DNA from: Polyangiaceae bacterium
Lineage (GTDB): Bacteria > Myxococcota_A > Polyangia > Polyangiales > Polyangiaceae
DNA length: 64,000 bases
Assembly (NCBI GenBank): GCA_965222375.1
Contig: CBDCTZ010000014.1
Coordinates: 640,001-704,000 of the forward strand
Direction: 5' to 3'
Shown here one piece after another: positions 40,737-50,148 of this stretch. The translations under genes were made by a program, and so were the position numbers. The notes below the pieces were generated by a model. The model did not search any database, was not told the DNA's origin, and worked only from the letters and a program-made list of their open reading frames with translations. How positions within the stretch are numbered: the stretch's first letter is position 1; each line of letters starts with the position of its first letter.

Positions 40737-42161
40737 TCAGGTCAGGACTTGGTTGACGCGCTTGAAGGCTCGGCTGGAGGGGCCGAGTTTGGTGGAGATG
40801 CCGTGGGCTTCGATCAGGGTGTTGTAGAGGTCGAGGCCTTCGGCGCCGACGTCGACGATGCTGCCGGTCTTGAAGCGACCGTTGGCGCCGCTGATGGCGT
40901 GGAATAGGCCGGAGAGCTCGCGTTTGGAATCGCTGTGGCGTCCGTCGCCGCTTTCCGTCGAGATGGTGATGAGGGAGTTTTCCAGGATCGTCTTGCCGTT
41001 GTCGTCGGCGTCGTTGGGATCGTCGAGCAGCTTCAAGAACCGCGCGAACTCCGCGAGCATGAGCTCGATGTGGGCCTTCAGGTCGTTGTTGGAGTTGCCC
41101 GGATTGAACTTGTGCCACCACTCGTGGCTGCAGCCCTTGTCGCCACCGGCGCCGTGCCGGCTTTGGTCGTCGAAGTTGAAGTCCATGGCGCCGGACTTGT
41201 AGTTGCCCTTGAGGCGGATCCGCTCGCCGGCAGCTTGGAAGGTCAGAGCGCCGAAGCGGGCCAGATCGCATTGGATGGCCACGGCGTAGATCTCCGAGAG
41301 TGTGCGCCACTCGGTGATGAGCTCGTTCACGCTCAGGTCGATGCCCTGGCCGTCCGGGTCCGCCGAACCTCCGTGGGGAACGCCCGAGCCACCGGGAGCG
41401 GTGGGAGCTTGGCAGCCGTTGTTGACGGGAGTGCCGAAGGCTTTCTGCTCGAGGTTGCGCACTCGGTCCAGGTGGTCGGCGATGCGCGCTCGGGAGGCCT
41501 TGCTCAAGTTGGAGGCGTCACTTTGATAGTGCTGGTACTGGCTGAGCACCGAGTCGAGCACGCTCTTGCGATAGCGCTTCTTGCGGGCTTCTTCCGTGGT
41601 GGGGGGCGTTTCGCCCGGCAGGTTGCCGAATACCTTGGAGAAGAGCTTGGCGGGGCTTTCCTCGGGCAGGTCCGCCGGCGAGCCGTCGTTCTTCCAACTG
41701 TGGATGTAACGAGCGGGGCGGCTGCGCCGGAAGTAGGTGCCTGCGAGCAGTGCCCCGGAGACGCCGGCGGGCAGGGTCGTGTTGGCGCGCAGGATCTGGT
41801 CGAGGGACGGGCCGCCTGCGAGTGCATCCCCGTTGGGTGCTTCGCCGGTGAACGCGCCTGCCGCGCCGTCGAAGTGGGCGTTGATGCCGTTTTCGTCGCA
41901 GCGCGTTTGGTCGATGCCTCGGACGATGAGCAACTTGTCCTTCACGCTGGAGAGCCCGCGCATGGGGCCACTGAAGCCGTTGGACTGCAGCGGAGTGGGG
42001 AAGCCGAGGCCGAAGAAGAGGTTGAAGGCGCGCACCGGCGGATCTCCAGGCGCCGCCAACACGTTGGAGGCGCGCATGGCGTCCAAGAAGGGCAATGCGA
42101 TGGCGACGGTGCCAGCTCCGCGCAAGAAGGTACGTCGGTCTAAGACTTTGCGGCGGCTCAT
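40737..42161 (-). CDS. DUF1552 domain protein (Tat-exported)
   Basis: RRTFLRGAG..IALPFLDAM, SLDQ, KSVLD, HLDRVR.LE, SHE, TILENS; ATGA overlap with the upstream gene. Confidence 0.92.
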   Translation of the reverse strand: MSRRKVLDRRTFLRGAGTVAIALPFLDAMRASNVLAAPGDPPVRAFNLFFGLGFPTPLQSNGFSGPMRGLSSVKDKLLIVRGIDQTRCDENGINAHFDGAAGAFTGEAPNGDALAGGPSLDQILRANTTLPAGVSGALLAGTYFRRSRPARYIHSWKNDGSPADLPEESPAKLFSKVFGNLPGETPPTTEEARKKRYRKSVLDSVLSQYQHYQSDASNLSKASRARIADHLDRVRNLEQKAFGTPVNNGCQAPTAPGGSGVPHGGSADPDGQGIDLSVNELITEWRTLSEIYAVAIQCDLARFGALTFQAAGERIRLKGNYKSGAMDFNFDDQSRHGAGGDKGCSHEWWHKFNPGNSNNDLKAHIELMLAEFARFLKLLDDPNDADDNGKTILENSLITISTESGDGRHSDSKRELSGLFHAISGANGRFKTGSIVDVGAEGLDLYNTLIEAHGISTKLGPSSRAFKRVNQVLT

Positions 42162-43819
42162 AGTTTCTCCGTTTGGATCTTGCGGAAGGCGTTGCTTTGA
42201 ACGATGGCGATGACCAAGTCCTCGAATGTGCCCTGGGACTTCTCGAAGCGGGTTTGAACGTCTTCGAGGGCACAAGCGTCGAGGGGCTCGTCGCTGCGGG
42301 CGAGAGGACGTCCGAAGGCGAACTGGGAGACCTTCGCCGCCATGCAAGCGCGGACGGCCGCGCTGTTGGCTAGTTGCGTGCTGAGCTCACGAGTCGTGGA
42401 AAACGGCGTGGGGTCTTCGGAGCCCGGGAACAGCAGGTAGCCGTCTTGAGCCAATTTGTTTCCGAAGTTGTCTTCGAGGCGATAGCGCCCCGTGGCGTCG
42501 AAGCGCTCGATGCCCCAGGCGACGGGTTCCATCTGGCCGTGGCAGCCGCCGCAAGAGGGGTTGTCGACGCGTTCCTCGGAGTGCATGCGTTGGGAAGCGG
42601 TCGCGCTGACCTCCGGGGGCGTCGCGTCGACGCCCGGCGGAGGCGAGTCGATGTGTCCGCACAAGATGTTCTCTAGGATGAACAACCCGCGCCCGACCGT
42701 GGATTCGGAGTTTCCGCCGATGGTCGAGATGGAGCCTTGAGTCAGCAGGCCGCCCCGAGCTGGATCACTTGAAAGGTCCACCCGCCCGCTGCTATCCGCA
42801 GTCAGGCCGTAGTGGTCGGCCAGCTCCGGCGACACGAAGGTGAAGTCGGCGTCGAACATGCCGCTCAGAGGCGACTTGTCCTCGAACGCGATCTGCTCGA
42901 AGAAGCGCTGAGTTTCCTGCTCCATGGCGTCACCCAGAGCGGGGTTCCAGTCCGGGAATTTGCTGCTGTCTCGGGTGAGTCCTGAGAGGCGCCCCAGATT
43001 GAGCCAATCGCTGACGAAGCGGGCAGCGCGCAGGCGTGCGCTGGGCTCGCCGAGCATGCGTCGGACTTCTGTGGCGATGCCGGCATCAGTGTCGAGTTTG
43101 CCGCCCTCGGCCGCGGCGATCAGGTTGGAGTCGGGTGGTGCGCCCCAGAGCAAGAAGCTCAGGCGGCTGGCCAACTCGATGCCGCTGACCTTGCGCGCTT
43201 TGCCGTCGCCGGTTTCGTTTTCGACGCGGTAGATGAAGCGCGGGAACTGCAGAAGTGCAAGAGTGACGAGACGTGCTCCGGCTTCGAAGGTTTCGCCTTC
43301 ATCTTTGGCCACACCGAAGAGCGGCTCGAGGGAGGCGCTTTCTTGCGCCGTGACGGGGCTGCGCAGCACGCTGGCCCCGAGACTATTGATGAACTCGCTC
43401 TGACACGTTGCGCTGAAGTCGGTGCAGGAAGCGTGGCTGGCCACGAAGCCGCTGAAGTCGCCCATCTTGTCGACTGCCGTGGTGGCGAGCGACTCGTAAG
43501 CCTCGATGTGGCCGTCGGTGACGATGAGCGCCGTGGCGGTGTTGGAAAAACCGTCGGCCCGCAGATCCGTTGGCAGCGCCGCCTTCGCTTCGGAGCTGAT
43601 GTCGACGCCAAGGACGGCTTGCACCGAAGCGACGTACTCTTCCTGGGTGAGGCGGCGGGAGAAGGGAACGTCGGCGCACAGGCTCACGCTGACTTTCCCG
43701 GGACCCTTGGCACCGGGGCCGCCGGCGGGGTCGCTATCGTTGCTGGCGATCTCTCCGACGCAGCCCGCGGCGGCTGCCGCGGCGACAATCAGGGGCGCGC
43801 TCTTTCTGGTGAGAAGCAT
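42158..43819 (-). CDS. DUF1592/DUF1588-type (PSD/PSCyt) lipoprotein with CxxCH
   Basis: RRLTQEEY, ELASRLSFLLW..PPD, RGGLLTQ, RG..I...LC, CGGCH, E.FD..GRYR. Confidence 0.92.
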   Translation of the reverse strand: MLLTRKSAPLIVAAAAAAGCVGEIASNDSDPAGGPGAKGPGKVSVSLCADVPFSRRLTQEEYVASVQAVLGVDISSEAKAALPTDLRADGFSNTATALIVTDGHIEAYESLATTAVDKMGDFSGFVASHASCTDFSATCQSEFINSLGASVLRSPVTAQESASLEPLFGVAKDEGETFEAGARLVTLALLQFPRFIYRVENETGDGKARKVSGIELASRLSFLLWGAPPDSNLIAAAEGGKLDTDAGIATEVRRMLGEPSARLRAARFVSDWLNLGRLSGLTRDSSKFPDWNPALGDAMEQETQRFFEQIAFEDKSPLSGMFDADFTFVSPELADHYGLTADSSGRVDLSSDPARGGLLTQGSISTIGGNSESTVGRGLFILENILCGHIDSPPPGVDATPPEVSATASQRMHSEERVDNPSCGGCHGQMEPVAWGIERFDATGRYRLEDNFGNKLAQDGYLLFPGSEDPTPFSTTRELSTQLANSAAVRACMAAKVSQFAFGRPLARSDEPLDACALEDVQTRFEKSQGTFEDLVIAIVQSNAFRKIQTEKL

Positions 43820-44112
43820 GTCGAGGTGCCCGTGTGCAAGACGCGTGCGCGCACGAAATGTAAGTCTTTGTGTGCTTGACGGACCCCAGATGCGACCTGG
43901 GAGGTCGCAGCCAGCGCGCTGGTGGCGCTGAGATGTCGCGCGTCAAGTCCGGGGCCCTGAGAGGTACGAGTGGAACCTCGGGGATCCTCAGCTCCTCGGG
44001 GCGGCCCGTGTGGCCGTGGCCGCACCCGCTACTTTTGGGACCACGTCTCGGGCGTCCGTTTGCAAGACCCAGCGGGGCGGCGGATGGGGGTCGCATCGGG
44101 TAAGTTGGAGGG

Positions 44113-44883
44113 ATGCGGCGATGGCTCCCTCTGGCGTTGGTCGTGATGGCCTGCGATACGAGTGAGCCGGTTCGGGAAGCTGCCGGGGGCACTCTTGAAG
44201 AGGAGGTGGCGTCGCAGCTCGCGGGTCGGCCAGCGGTGGTGGCCTTTGAAGACGACGGTGACGTCGCGCTCGTCGGTGTTCGCCAAGCCTTGCCCGAAGA
44301 GACGGACCAACCGCCGCGCTACGCTCTGCACCGCTTCGAGCGCTCGACCCGCGCGCTCTTGGACCTCCGATTGACAGTGCGGGCGGTGCGACGCATGGGC
44401 CGTGCGCTATTGGTCGTGAGCGAGTCCGGTGAACTGCTTCGAGTGGATGCTGCCGGACGCAAGCGGTTGGCCACCGGCGTGTTGGGCTCGCCGGCAGTGC
44501 TGCCGAATGGCGGCATCGTTGTGGCGCAGCGGGGAGAGGAGCCGGGAGAAAGTGACCTCCAGCTACTCGGCGATAGGGGCCCCGTGCCACTGGCTCCAGC
44601 GCCGGGTCCCGACGACTTTCCGATCGCGCTTCCAGATGGACGCGTGGCTTTCGTGTCCGGGCGCACCGGATTGGCGTCGCTTTGGGTGGTCGATCCGACA
44701 AGTGGCGAAGCGCGGCAACTGACGAATGTGGGGCGTGACGGCGTGGACGACCAATTCGTGCCACCACCCCATCGGGATGTGCGCGTCGATGCTACGAGCT
44801 TGAGCTACGACGCAGGAGAGGGTGTTCGCTACCGAGTGGACCACCGAAGCGGGGATGTACAGCGGGAGGGCACGCCGAGATGA
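44113..44883 (+). CDS. TolB-like beta-propeller lipoprotein
   Basis: VMAC lipobox; PDGRVAFVSGRTG..LW. Confidence 0.7.
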   Translation: MRRWLPLALVVMACDTSEPVREAAGGTLEEEVASQLAGRPAVVAFEDDGDVALVGVRQALPEETDQPPRYALHRFERSTRALLDLRLTVRAVRRMGRALLVVSESGELLRVDAAGRKRLATGVLGSPAVLPNGGIVVAQRGEEPGESDLQLLGDRGPVPLAPAPGPDDFPIALPDGRVAFVSGRTGLASLWVVDPTSGEARQLTNVGRDGVDDQFVPPPHRDVRVDATSLSYDAGEGVRYRVDHRSGDVQREGTPR

Positions 44884-46118
44884 CGCGCCGCCGCCTGCTC
44901 GTCCTGCTTTGCGGCGGATTGTTCGCGGCCGCCATGGCCGTGCCTTCCTCGGCGCAGGCGCAGAAGTATCGATTTCCCATCGAGCTGCACGCATCAGGCA
45001 CTCAACCCTATGTGACCGCCTATCGGGACCACGACAGCGGCGGCGGCATCAAAGATTGGAATTGCAAGTCCAATACCTACAACGGTCACAAGGGCTCCGA
45101 CTTCGGCATCGGCAGCTTCCCGGTGATGGACGCGGGCAGCCGCTGGGTCGTGGCGGCGGCGTCAGGCAAGGTCGTGTTCAAGAACGATGGCTGCTTCGAC
45201 CGTTGCACCACCGCGGACTGCGGCTGTGGATCCGGCTTCGGCAACTACGTGAAAGTGGAGCACGCCGACGGCAAGTTCACCTACTACGCGCACTTGATGA
45301 AAGGCTCGGTCACCGTGAACAACGGTGACAGCGTCAAGTGCGGGGAACGGCTGGGCAAAGTCGGCTCGAGTGGGAACTCATCTGGGCCGCACTTGCATTT
45401 CGAAGTGCGCCACGCGAACAACTCTTCCGACGAGCCCTTCAAGGGCAGCTGTGGCAACTCGACGTCCTTTTGGGTAACGCAGGGTGCGTACAACGCTCTG
45501 CCCGGCGATCAGTGCGAGAAACCGCCGGCGGTGGACGATGCGAAGCTGGTGTCCGTCACCGGCTCGGGCGCCAGTGTTGCGCCGGGTCAGAGCTTCGAAG
45601 TGAGGATCCGATTCGACAACACCGGCAACACCACTTGGACTGCCCCCGACTATGGCTTGAAGCTGACCAGCGGGGAGAGCTTTGGCTTCGCTTCGCCCAC
45701 GCCGGTGCCGGCGAGTACCGCAGCCAACAAGGGCGTGGACTTCAAGCTGAGTCTGACCGCACCCACCGCGCCGGGGGCTTACAGCGCCAAGTTCCGAGTC
45801 GCAAAGAAGACGACGGGATTCGGTGACACCGCCGATGTGGACGTGGTGGTCGAGGCCGGAGGCAATGCCGGCGCGGGCGGGCAGCCTTGGGGCAGTGGTG
45901 GCGCCATCGGGTTAGCCGGCAACGCTGGCTCGACCACCGGTGGCAAGAACTCTGGGCAGCAGACCCAGACCTTGGACGCGGGCAGCGAGAGTGGCTGCGG
46001 CTGCCGCACCGTCGGAAGCTCGCGCAGCTTGTGGGAGTTCGGGTTGGTGCTGTTGGGCGCGTGGGTCAGCTTCCGCCGTCGGCGTCGCTGCGCAGCATCA
46101 GCGGCACGACTGCAGTGA
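44880..46118 (+). CDS. M23 metallopeptidase with Ig-like domain and MYXO-CTERM tail
   Basis: HKGSD, YAHL, GSSGNSSGPHLHFE; NTGNTTW; GCGCR...RRRRR. Confidence 0.9.
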   Translation: MTRRRLLVLLCGGLFAAAMAVPSSAQAQKYRFPIELHASGTQPYVTAYRDHDSGGGIKDWNCKSNTYNGHKGSDFGIGSFPVMDAGSRWVVAAASGKVVFKNDGCFDRCTTADCGCGSGFGNYVKVEHADGKFTYYAHLMKGSVTVNNGDSVKCGERLGKVGSSGNSSGPHLHFEVRHANNSSDEPFKGSCGNSTSFWVTQGAYNALPGDQCEKPPAVDDAKLVSVTGSGASVAPGQSFEVRIRFDNTGNTTWTAPDYGLKLTSGESFGFASPTPVPASTAANKGVDFKLSLTAPTAPGAYSAKFRVAKKTTGFGDTADVDVVVEAGGNAGAGGQPWGSGGAIGLAGNAGSTTGGKNSGQQTQTLDAGSESGCGCRTVGSSRSLWEFGLVLLGAWVSFRRRRRCAASAARLQ

Positions 46119-46536
46119 TGCAGCCCCCACTTGGCGGGGGATAGTCCGTGTCGAAGTGGCGCTCGAGGCAACGCGCAAGGCCGTCTGGTACGCGAACTGT
46201 GGTGCTCGTGACCAAGACGCTGCAGGCTGACCCTGTTTCTGCCAGCATGAGGGTGATGAGCACGCGCCCGGCTAGAGTTGGATCGGCGTTGAGGGCTGTC
46301 TGATAGCAGGCGTCGGCCTGGCGAGCGCGGCGCCGCACCGCTTGCTGCAGGGCTTCGCTCGCGCTGCCGGCGCAAGTGCCCGGGCAGCCGCTGCCTTTGG
46401 TGACCGCGGTCGGTTCTTTCGCTGCTGCCGGCTCGGACTTGGGCCCGCTCCGGCTCGATGCGCAGGCAGGGAGCACGAAGCCCAGCACGGTCAGAGCCGC
46501 GGGAACGCGCCGGGATGCCGGGACGGATGAGATCAC
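46066..46536 (-). CDS. AgmX/PglI C-terminal domain lipoprotein
   Basis: LPAC lipobox; CYQTALNADPTLAGRV. Confidence 0.75.
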   Translation of the reverse strand: MISSVPASRRVPAALTVLGFVLPACASSRSGPKSEPAAAKEPTAVTKGSGCPGTCAGSASEALQQAVRRRARQADACYQTALNADPTLAGRVLITLMLAETGSACSVLVTSTTVRVPDGLARCLERHFDTDYPPPSGGCITAVVPLMLRSDADGGS

Positions 46537-46582
46537 GCTGTCTCGAATCCCGCGGGAGCGAGGCGCTTGCCTCGGCGCCGCC

Positions 46583-48457
46583 TCAGCAGCCGAAGACCTT
46601 CCACTCGTAGATGAGCGGATTAGGCGTGCTTTGAGGCTGCGCGTTGTACAGCCGAATGGACGTGGTGGTCACGGCGCTGGGGAAGGTGAAGGTCCAGTCG
46701 CCGGTTCTGCCGCTGACGCTGCCTGCTGTGACCCAGGTACTCCCCGACAAGTACTGGATCGTCGCGCTCGAGACGTTGCGGCCCGACGAGCCGCAGGTGC
46801 TGCCGGTATCGATCTCGATGCGCTTCACGGTTTGGGCGGTGCTCCAAGTGTATCGAAACCACGGAGTTGGTTCGCCCGAGCCCGAGTACACCCAGCAATA
46901 GAAGTTGGTCGTGCACTGGGCCTCGCCCGCGCCATCGTTCAGCCGCACCGGGCCGTAGCTAGCCGGCGCGGTGCTCCCCTTGCTAATCGAGCCTGTCGCA
47001 GTCAGCGCGATGTTGGTGCTCGGATTGCAGGTGTTGACGCAGGTGCTGCTCTGACAGGTTTGCGCGCTCGTGCACTTCTTGCCGCAGACGCCGCAGTTGT
47101 TGGGGTCGGTCTGGAGATTGACGCATTGGCCGCTGCAATTGGTGGTGCCGCCACCACAGACTAGCGTGCATGTTCCGTTCTGACAGCTCTCGCCACTCGC
47201 GCATTTCTTGCCACAGATGCCGCAGTGGTTGGGGTTGGTCTTGGTGTCGACGCAGCTGTTATTGCAGTTGGTGGTGCCGCCGGAGCAAACCAAGGTGCAA
47301 ACGCTATTGATGCAACTCTGCCCGGATGTGCACGTTTTCCCGCAGGTCCCGCAATTCGCAGGATCTGTGCTGGTATCGACGCAGGTGTTGTTGCACTTGG
47401 TGGTGCCGCCACCGCAAACGAGGTCGCATTTGCTGTTCTTGCAGACTTCCCCAGAGCCACAGGCCTTGCTGCAGCCGCCGCAGTGGGCTGGATCCGCCGT
47501 CAGGTCCACGCATTTGCTGCCGCATTTGGTCAGGCCCCCGGAGCAGACCAGGGCGCAGGTTCCATTCGAACAGGTCTCTCCGGAGGGACAGGACTTGCCA
47601 CAGGTGCCGCAGTTGAAGGGATCAACCTGGGTGTCTACGCACTTGCCGCTGCAGTCCGTGGTCCCGCCGGAGCACGAAAGGGTACACTTGCCACTGGAGC
47701 AGACTTCTCCGCTCTTGCAGCCCTTCCCGCAGGTGCCGCAGTTGTTAGGATCCAAGTTGGTGTCGACGCACTTGTTGTTGCAGTTGGTGGTTCCGCCGAG
47801 GCACTGCAGCGAGCACTGGCCTTGGGAACAGACCTCGCCAGCAGCGACATTGCAGGGTTTGTTGCACGCGCCGCAATGAGTCGGGTCCGCTTGCGTATCT
47901 ACACAGACGTTGTTGCAGTTCTCCAGCCCGCCGCTGCAGTTCGCACTGCAGACCCCCTGATCGCAGACTTCGCCGATTGCGCAGATGGCGCCGCACTTGC
48001 CGCAGTTGCCCGGATCCGTCTGCAGGTCCGCACACTTTCCACTGCAGTTCGTTTCGCCAGAGACGCAGGACGCCTGGCACAACCCTGCTGCGCAAACCTG
48101 GCCAGCGGGGCAAGCATTGTTGCAGGTCCCGCAGTGGGAGGCGTTCGACTGGGGGTCGACGCACTGGTCGCCACACTTGGTCGTCGTGCCGGTGCAATTG
48201 CCCGCGCATTGACCTGCCGAGCAGAGTTGACCTGCCAAGCACGCGTTGCCGCAGCTGCCGCAGTTCTTGGAGTCCGTCAGGATATCCGCGCAGCCAGAGC
48301 CGCATTCGACCGCCGGAGCGACGCAGGCTCCGCTGCCACCCGTGCCGCTGGACGCCCCGGCGCCGGGGTTGCCACCATCGCTGGTGGAGGAGCAGGCGAC
48401 GGGTACCAAGATCAGACCCAACAGAGCAACCAAGGAAAGCGGCTTGGACCAATGCAT
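46583..48457 (-). CDS. Cys-rich repeat lipoprotein (MXAN_6577/Stig1-like) with C-terminal discoidin-like domain, paralog 1
   Basis: PVAC lipobox; about 10 repeats of C...CVD...DP.NCG.CG..C. Confidence 0.88.
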   Translation of the reverse strand: MHWSKPLSLVALLGLILVPVACSSTSDGGNPGAGASSGTGGSGACVAPAVECGSGCADILTDSKNCGSCGNACLAGQLCSAGQCAGNCTGTTTKCGDQCVDPQSNASHCGTCNNACPAGQVCAAGLCQASCVSGETNCSGKCADLQTDPGNCGKCGAICAIGEVCDQGVCSANCSGGLENCNNVCVDTQADPTHCGACNKPCNVAAGEVCSQGQCSLQCLGGTTNCNNKCVDTNLDPNNCGTCGKGCKSGEVCSSGKCTLSCSGGTTDCSGKCVDTQVDPFNCGTCGKSCPSGETCSNGTCALVCSGGLTKCGSKCVDLTADPAHCGGCSKACGSGEVCKNSKCDLVCGGGTTKCNNTCVDTSTDPANCGTCGKTCTSGQSCINSVCTLVCSGGTTNCNNSCVDTKTNPNHCGICGKKCASGESCQNGTCTLVCGGGTTNCSGQCVNLQTDPNNCGVCGKKCTSAQTCQSSTCVNTCNPSTNIALTATGSISKGSTAPASYGPVRLNDGAGEAQCTTNFYCWVYSGSGEPTPWFRYTWSTAQTVKRIEIDTGSTCGSSGRNVSSATIQYLSGSTWVTAGSVSGRTGDWTFTFPSAVTTTSIRLYNAQPQSTPNPLIYEWKVFGC

Positions 48458-48584
48458 AATTGCAATCTTACAGCGTAATTCCTCCCCGAGCGAGCCAGCC
48501 TGTCCCGAAAGCGGGTTGAGGCATGTAGTCAAACGTGCGTGGTGGTCTTGACCGCTTGGCGTGGGCGGGAGAAAGCGTGTGGCC

Positions 48585-50129
48585 ATGACGAAGGTGGAGC
48601 TACCCGAACGGCTCAATATTGCCGACCGCTTTCTGGAAGCGCGGCTCCGAGAAGGACTGGGCGACAAGACGGCACTCATTGCCGGGGACCGCAAGCTGAC
48701 GTACCGAGACGTCTCTGAAGCCAGCAATCGCTTTGCAAACGTGCTTGCCGAATTGGGCGTCGACGCTGAACAGCGCGTGCTGATTGGGCTGCCAGATCTG
48801 CCCGAGTTCGTGCATGCGCTGTTCGGAACGTTGAAGAACGGGTCCGTCGTGGTGATGGTGAACGCTCACATCAAGTTGGACGAAATCCAGTACTTCTTGG
48901 AGTACACCCGGGCGAAGGTTGCCGTGGTGCATGTCGATCAGTTGAGTGCGTTCGCAGAGGTCGCAGGAAGTGCTCGAGACTTGAAGCACCTGCTCGTACT
49001 TGGAGGTCAGGCCCAGGGGCCGAAGCAACTATCTTGGGAGAGCGCGCTGGCTGAGGCTTCGCCCGAATTCGAGTGTCGCGACACCCACCGGGATGACCCG
49101 GCGTTGTGGCTGTTTTCTGGGGGCACGACGGGCCGGCCCAAGGCGGTGGTTCAGACCCACCGTTCATTCGCCAACACGACCGAGCTCTACGCCAAGAATG
49201 TGCTCGGCTACCAGAAGGACGACATCACGCTCAGCGTGCCCAAGCTGTACTTTGGCTACGCCACCGGTTCGAACTTGTTCTTTCCGTTCTCCGTGGGCGC
49301 GGCCAGCATCTTGTTTCCGGAGCGTTGTACTGCAGATGCGCTGTTTCGCGAGATCCGCGAACACCGGCCCACGGTGTTGATCAACGTGCCGACGATGGTG
49401 AACAACATGATCTCGCACCCCAAGCGGGCGGAGCAGGATCTTTCTTGTCTGCGTTTCGCGACCAGCGCCGGAGAAGCTCTGCCCGTGGAGCTGTACGAAC
49501 GCTGGAAGGCCGCTTTCGGGGTCGAGCTGCTCGACGGCCTCGGGACCGCGGAGATGTGGCATGTCTTTGTCACGAACCGCGTCGGAGACGTCACACCGGG
49601 CACCTTGGGCAAGGTGGTGCCGGGTTTCGAGCTGCGCGTCTGCGACGACGACGGCAATGAACTGCCAGACGGCGAGGTGGGCTGGCTCTGGGTACGCGGG
49701 GAATCTCGGGCCGTTACCTACGTGCAAAACATGGACAAGACCGCCGAGGCATTCCGGGGGCCTTGGTACGTATCTGGCGACATGATTTGTCGCGAGAAAA
49801 GCGGTGCCATTCGCTACTGTGGCCGCGGTGACGACATGCTCAAGGTCGGCGGCAAGTGGCTGGCACCCGCCGAAGTCGAAAACTGCTTGCTGAGCCACGA
49901 TGCCATAGTGGAATGCGCGGTCGTTGGCATTGTGGATGAAAGCGGACTGACCAAGCCCCACGCCTTCGTATTGGCCAAGACCCGACGCGAAGGACTGGAG
50001 CAGGAACTGATGGAGTTCGTGCGCACTCAGCTGGAGCCCTACAAGGCCCCCCGGGCGGTGCGGCTGTTGGACGCATTGCCGCGAACCCATTTGGGCAAGA
50101 TCGACCGCGGCGCCCTTCGCAAGCTCTGA
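48585..50129 (+). CDS. Benzoate-CoA ligase family protein
   Basis: FSGGTTGRPK, PKLYFGYA, SAGEALP, DGLGTAE, GRGDDMLKVGG. Confidence 0.9.
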   Translation: MTKVELPERLNIADRFLEARLREGLGDKTALIAGDRKLTYRDVSEASNRFANVLAELGVDAEQRVLIGLPDLPEFVHALFGTLKNGSVVVMVNAHIKLDEIQYFLEYTRAKVAVVHVDQLSAFAEVAGSARDLKHLLVLGGQAQGPKQLSWESALAEASPEFECRDTHRDDPALWLFSGGTTGRPKAVVQTHRSFANTTELYAKNVLGYQKDDITLSVPKLYFGYATGSNLFFPFSVGAASILFPERCTADALFREIREHRPTVLINVPTMVNNMISHPKRAEQDLSCLRFATSAGEALPVELYERWKAAFGVELLDGLGTAEMWHVFVTNRVGDVTPGTLGKVVPGFELRVCDDDGNELPDGEVGWLWVRGESRAVTYVQNMDKTAEAFRGPWYVSGDMICREKSGAIRYCGRGDDMLKVGGKWLAPAEVENCLLSHDAIVECAVVGIVDESGLTKPHAFVLAKTRREGLEQELMEFVRTQLEPYKAPRAVRLLDALPRTHLGKIDRGALRKL

Positions 50130-50148
50130 GCGGGCAGAGCGCTGGCCC

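Noticed and set aside
34978..41057. DUF1552 duplicates as a diversity-generating retroelement TR/VR pair
   Set aside because: No reverse transcriptase, and differences are not adenine-specific.
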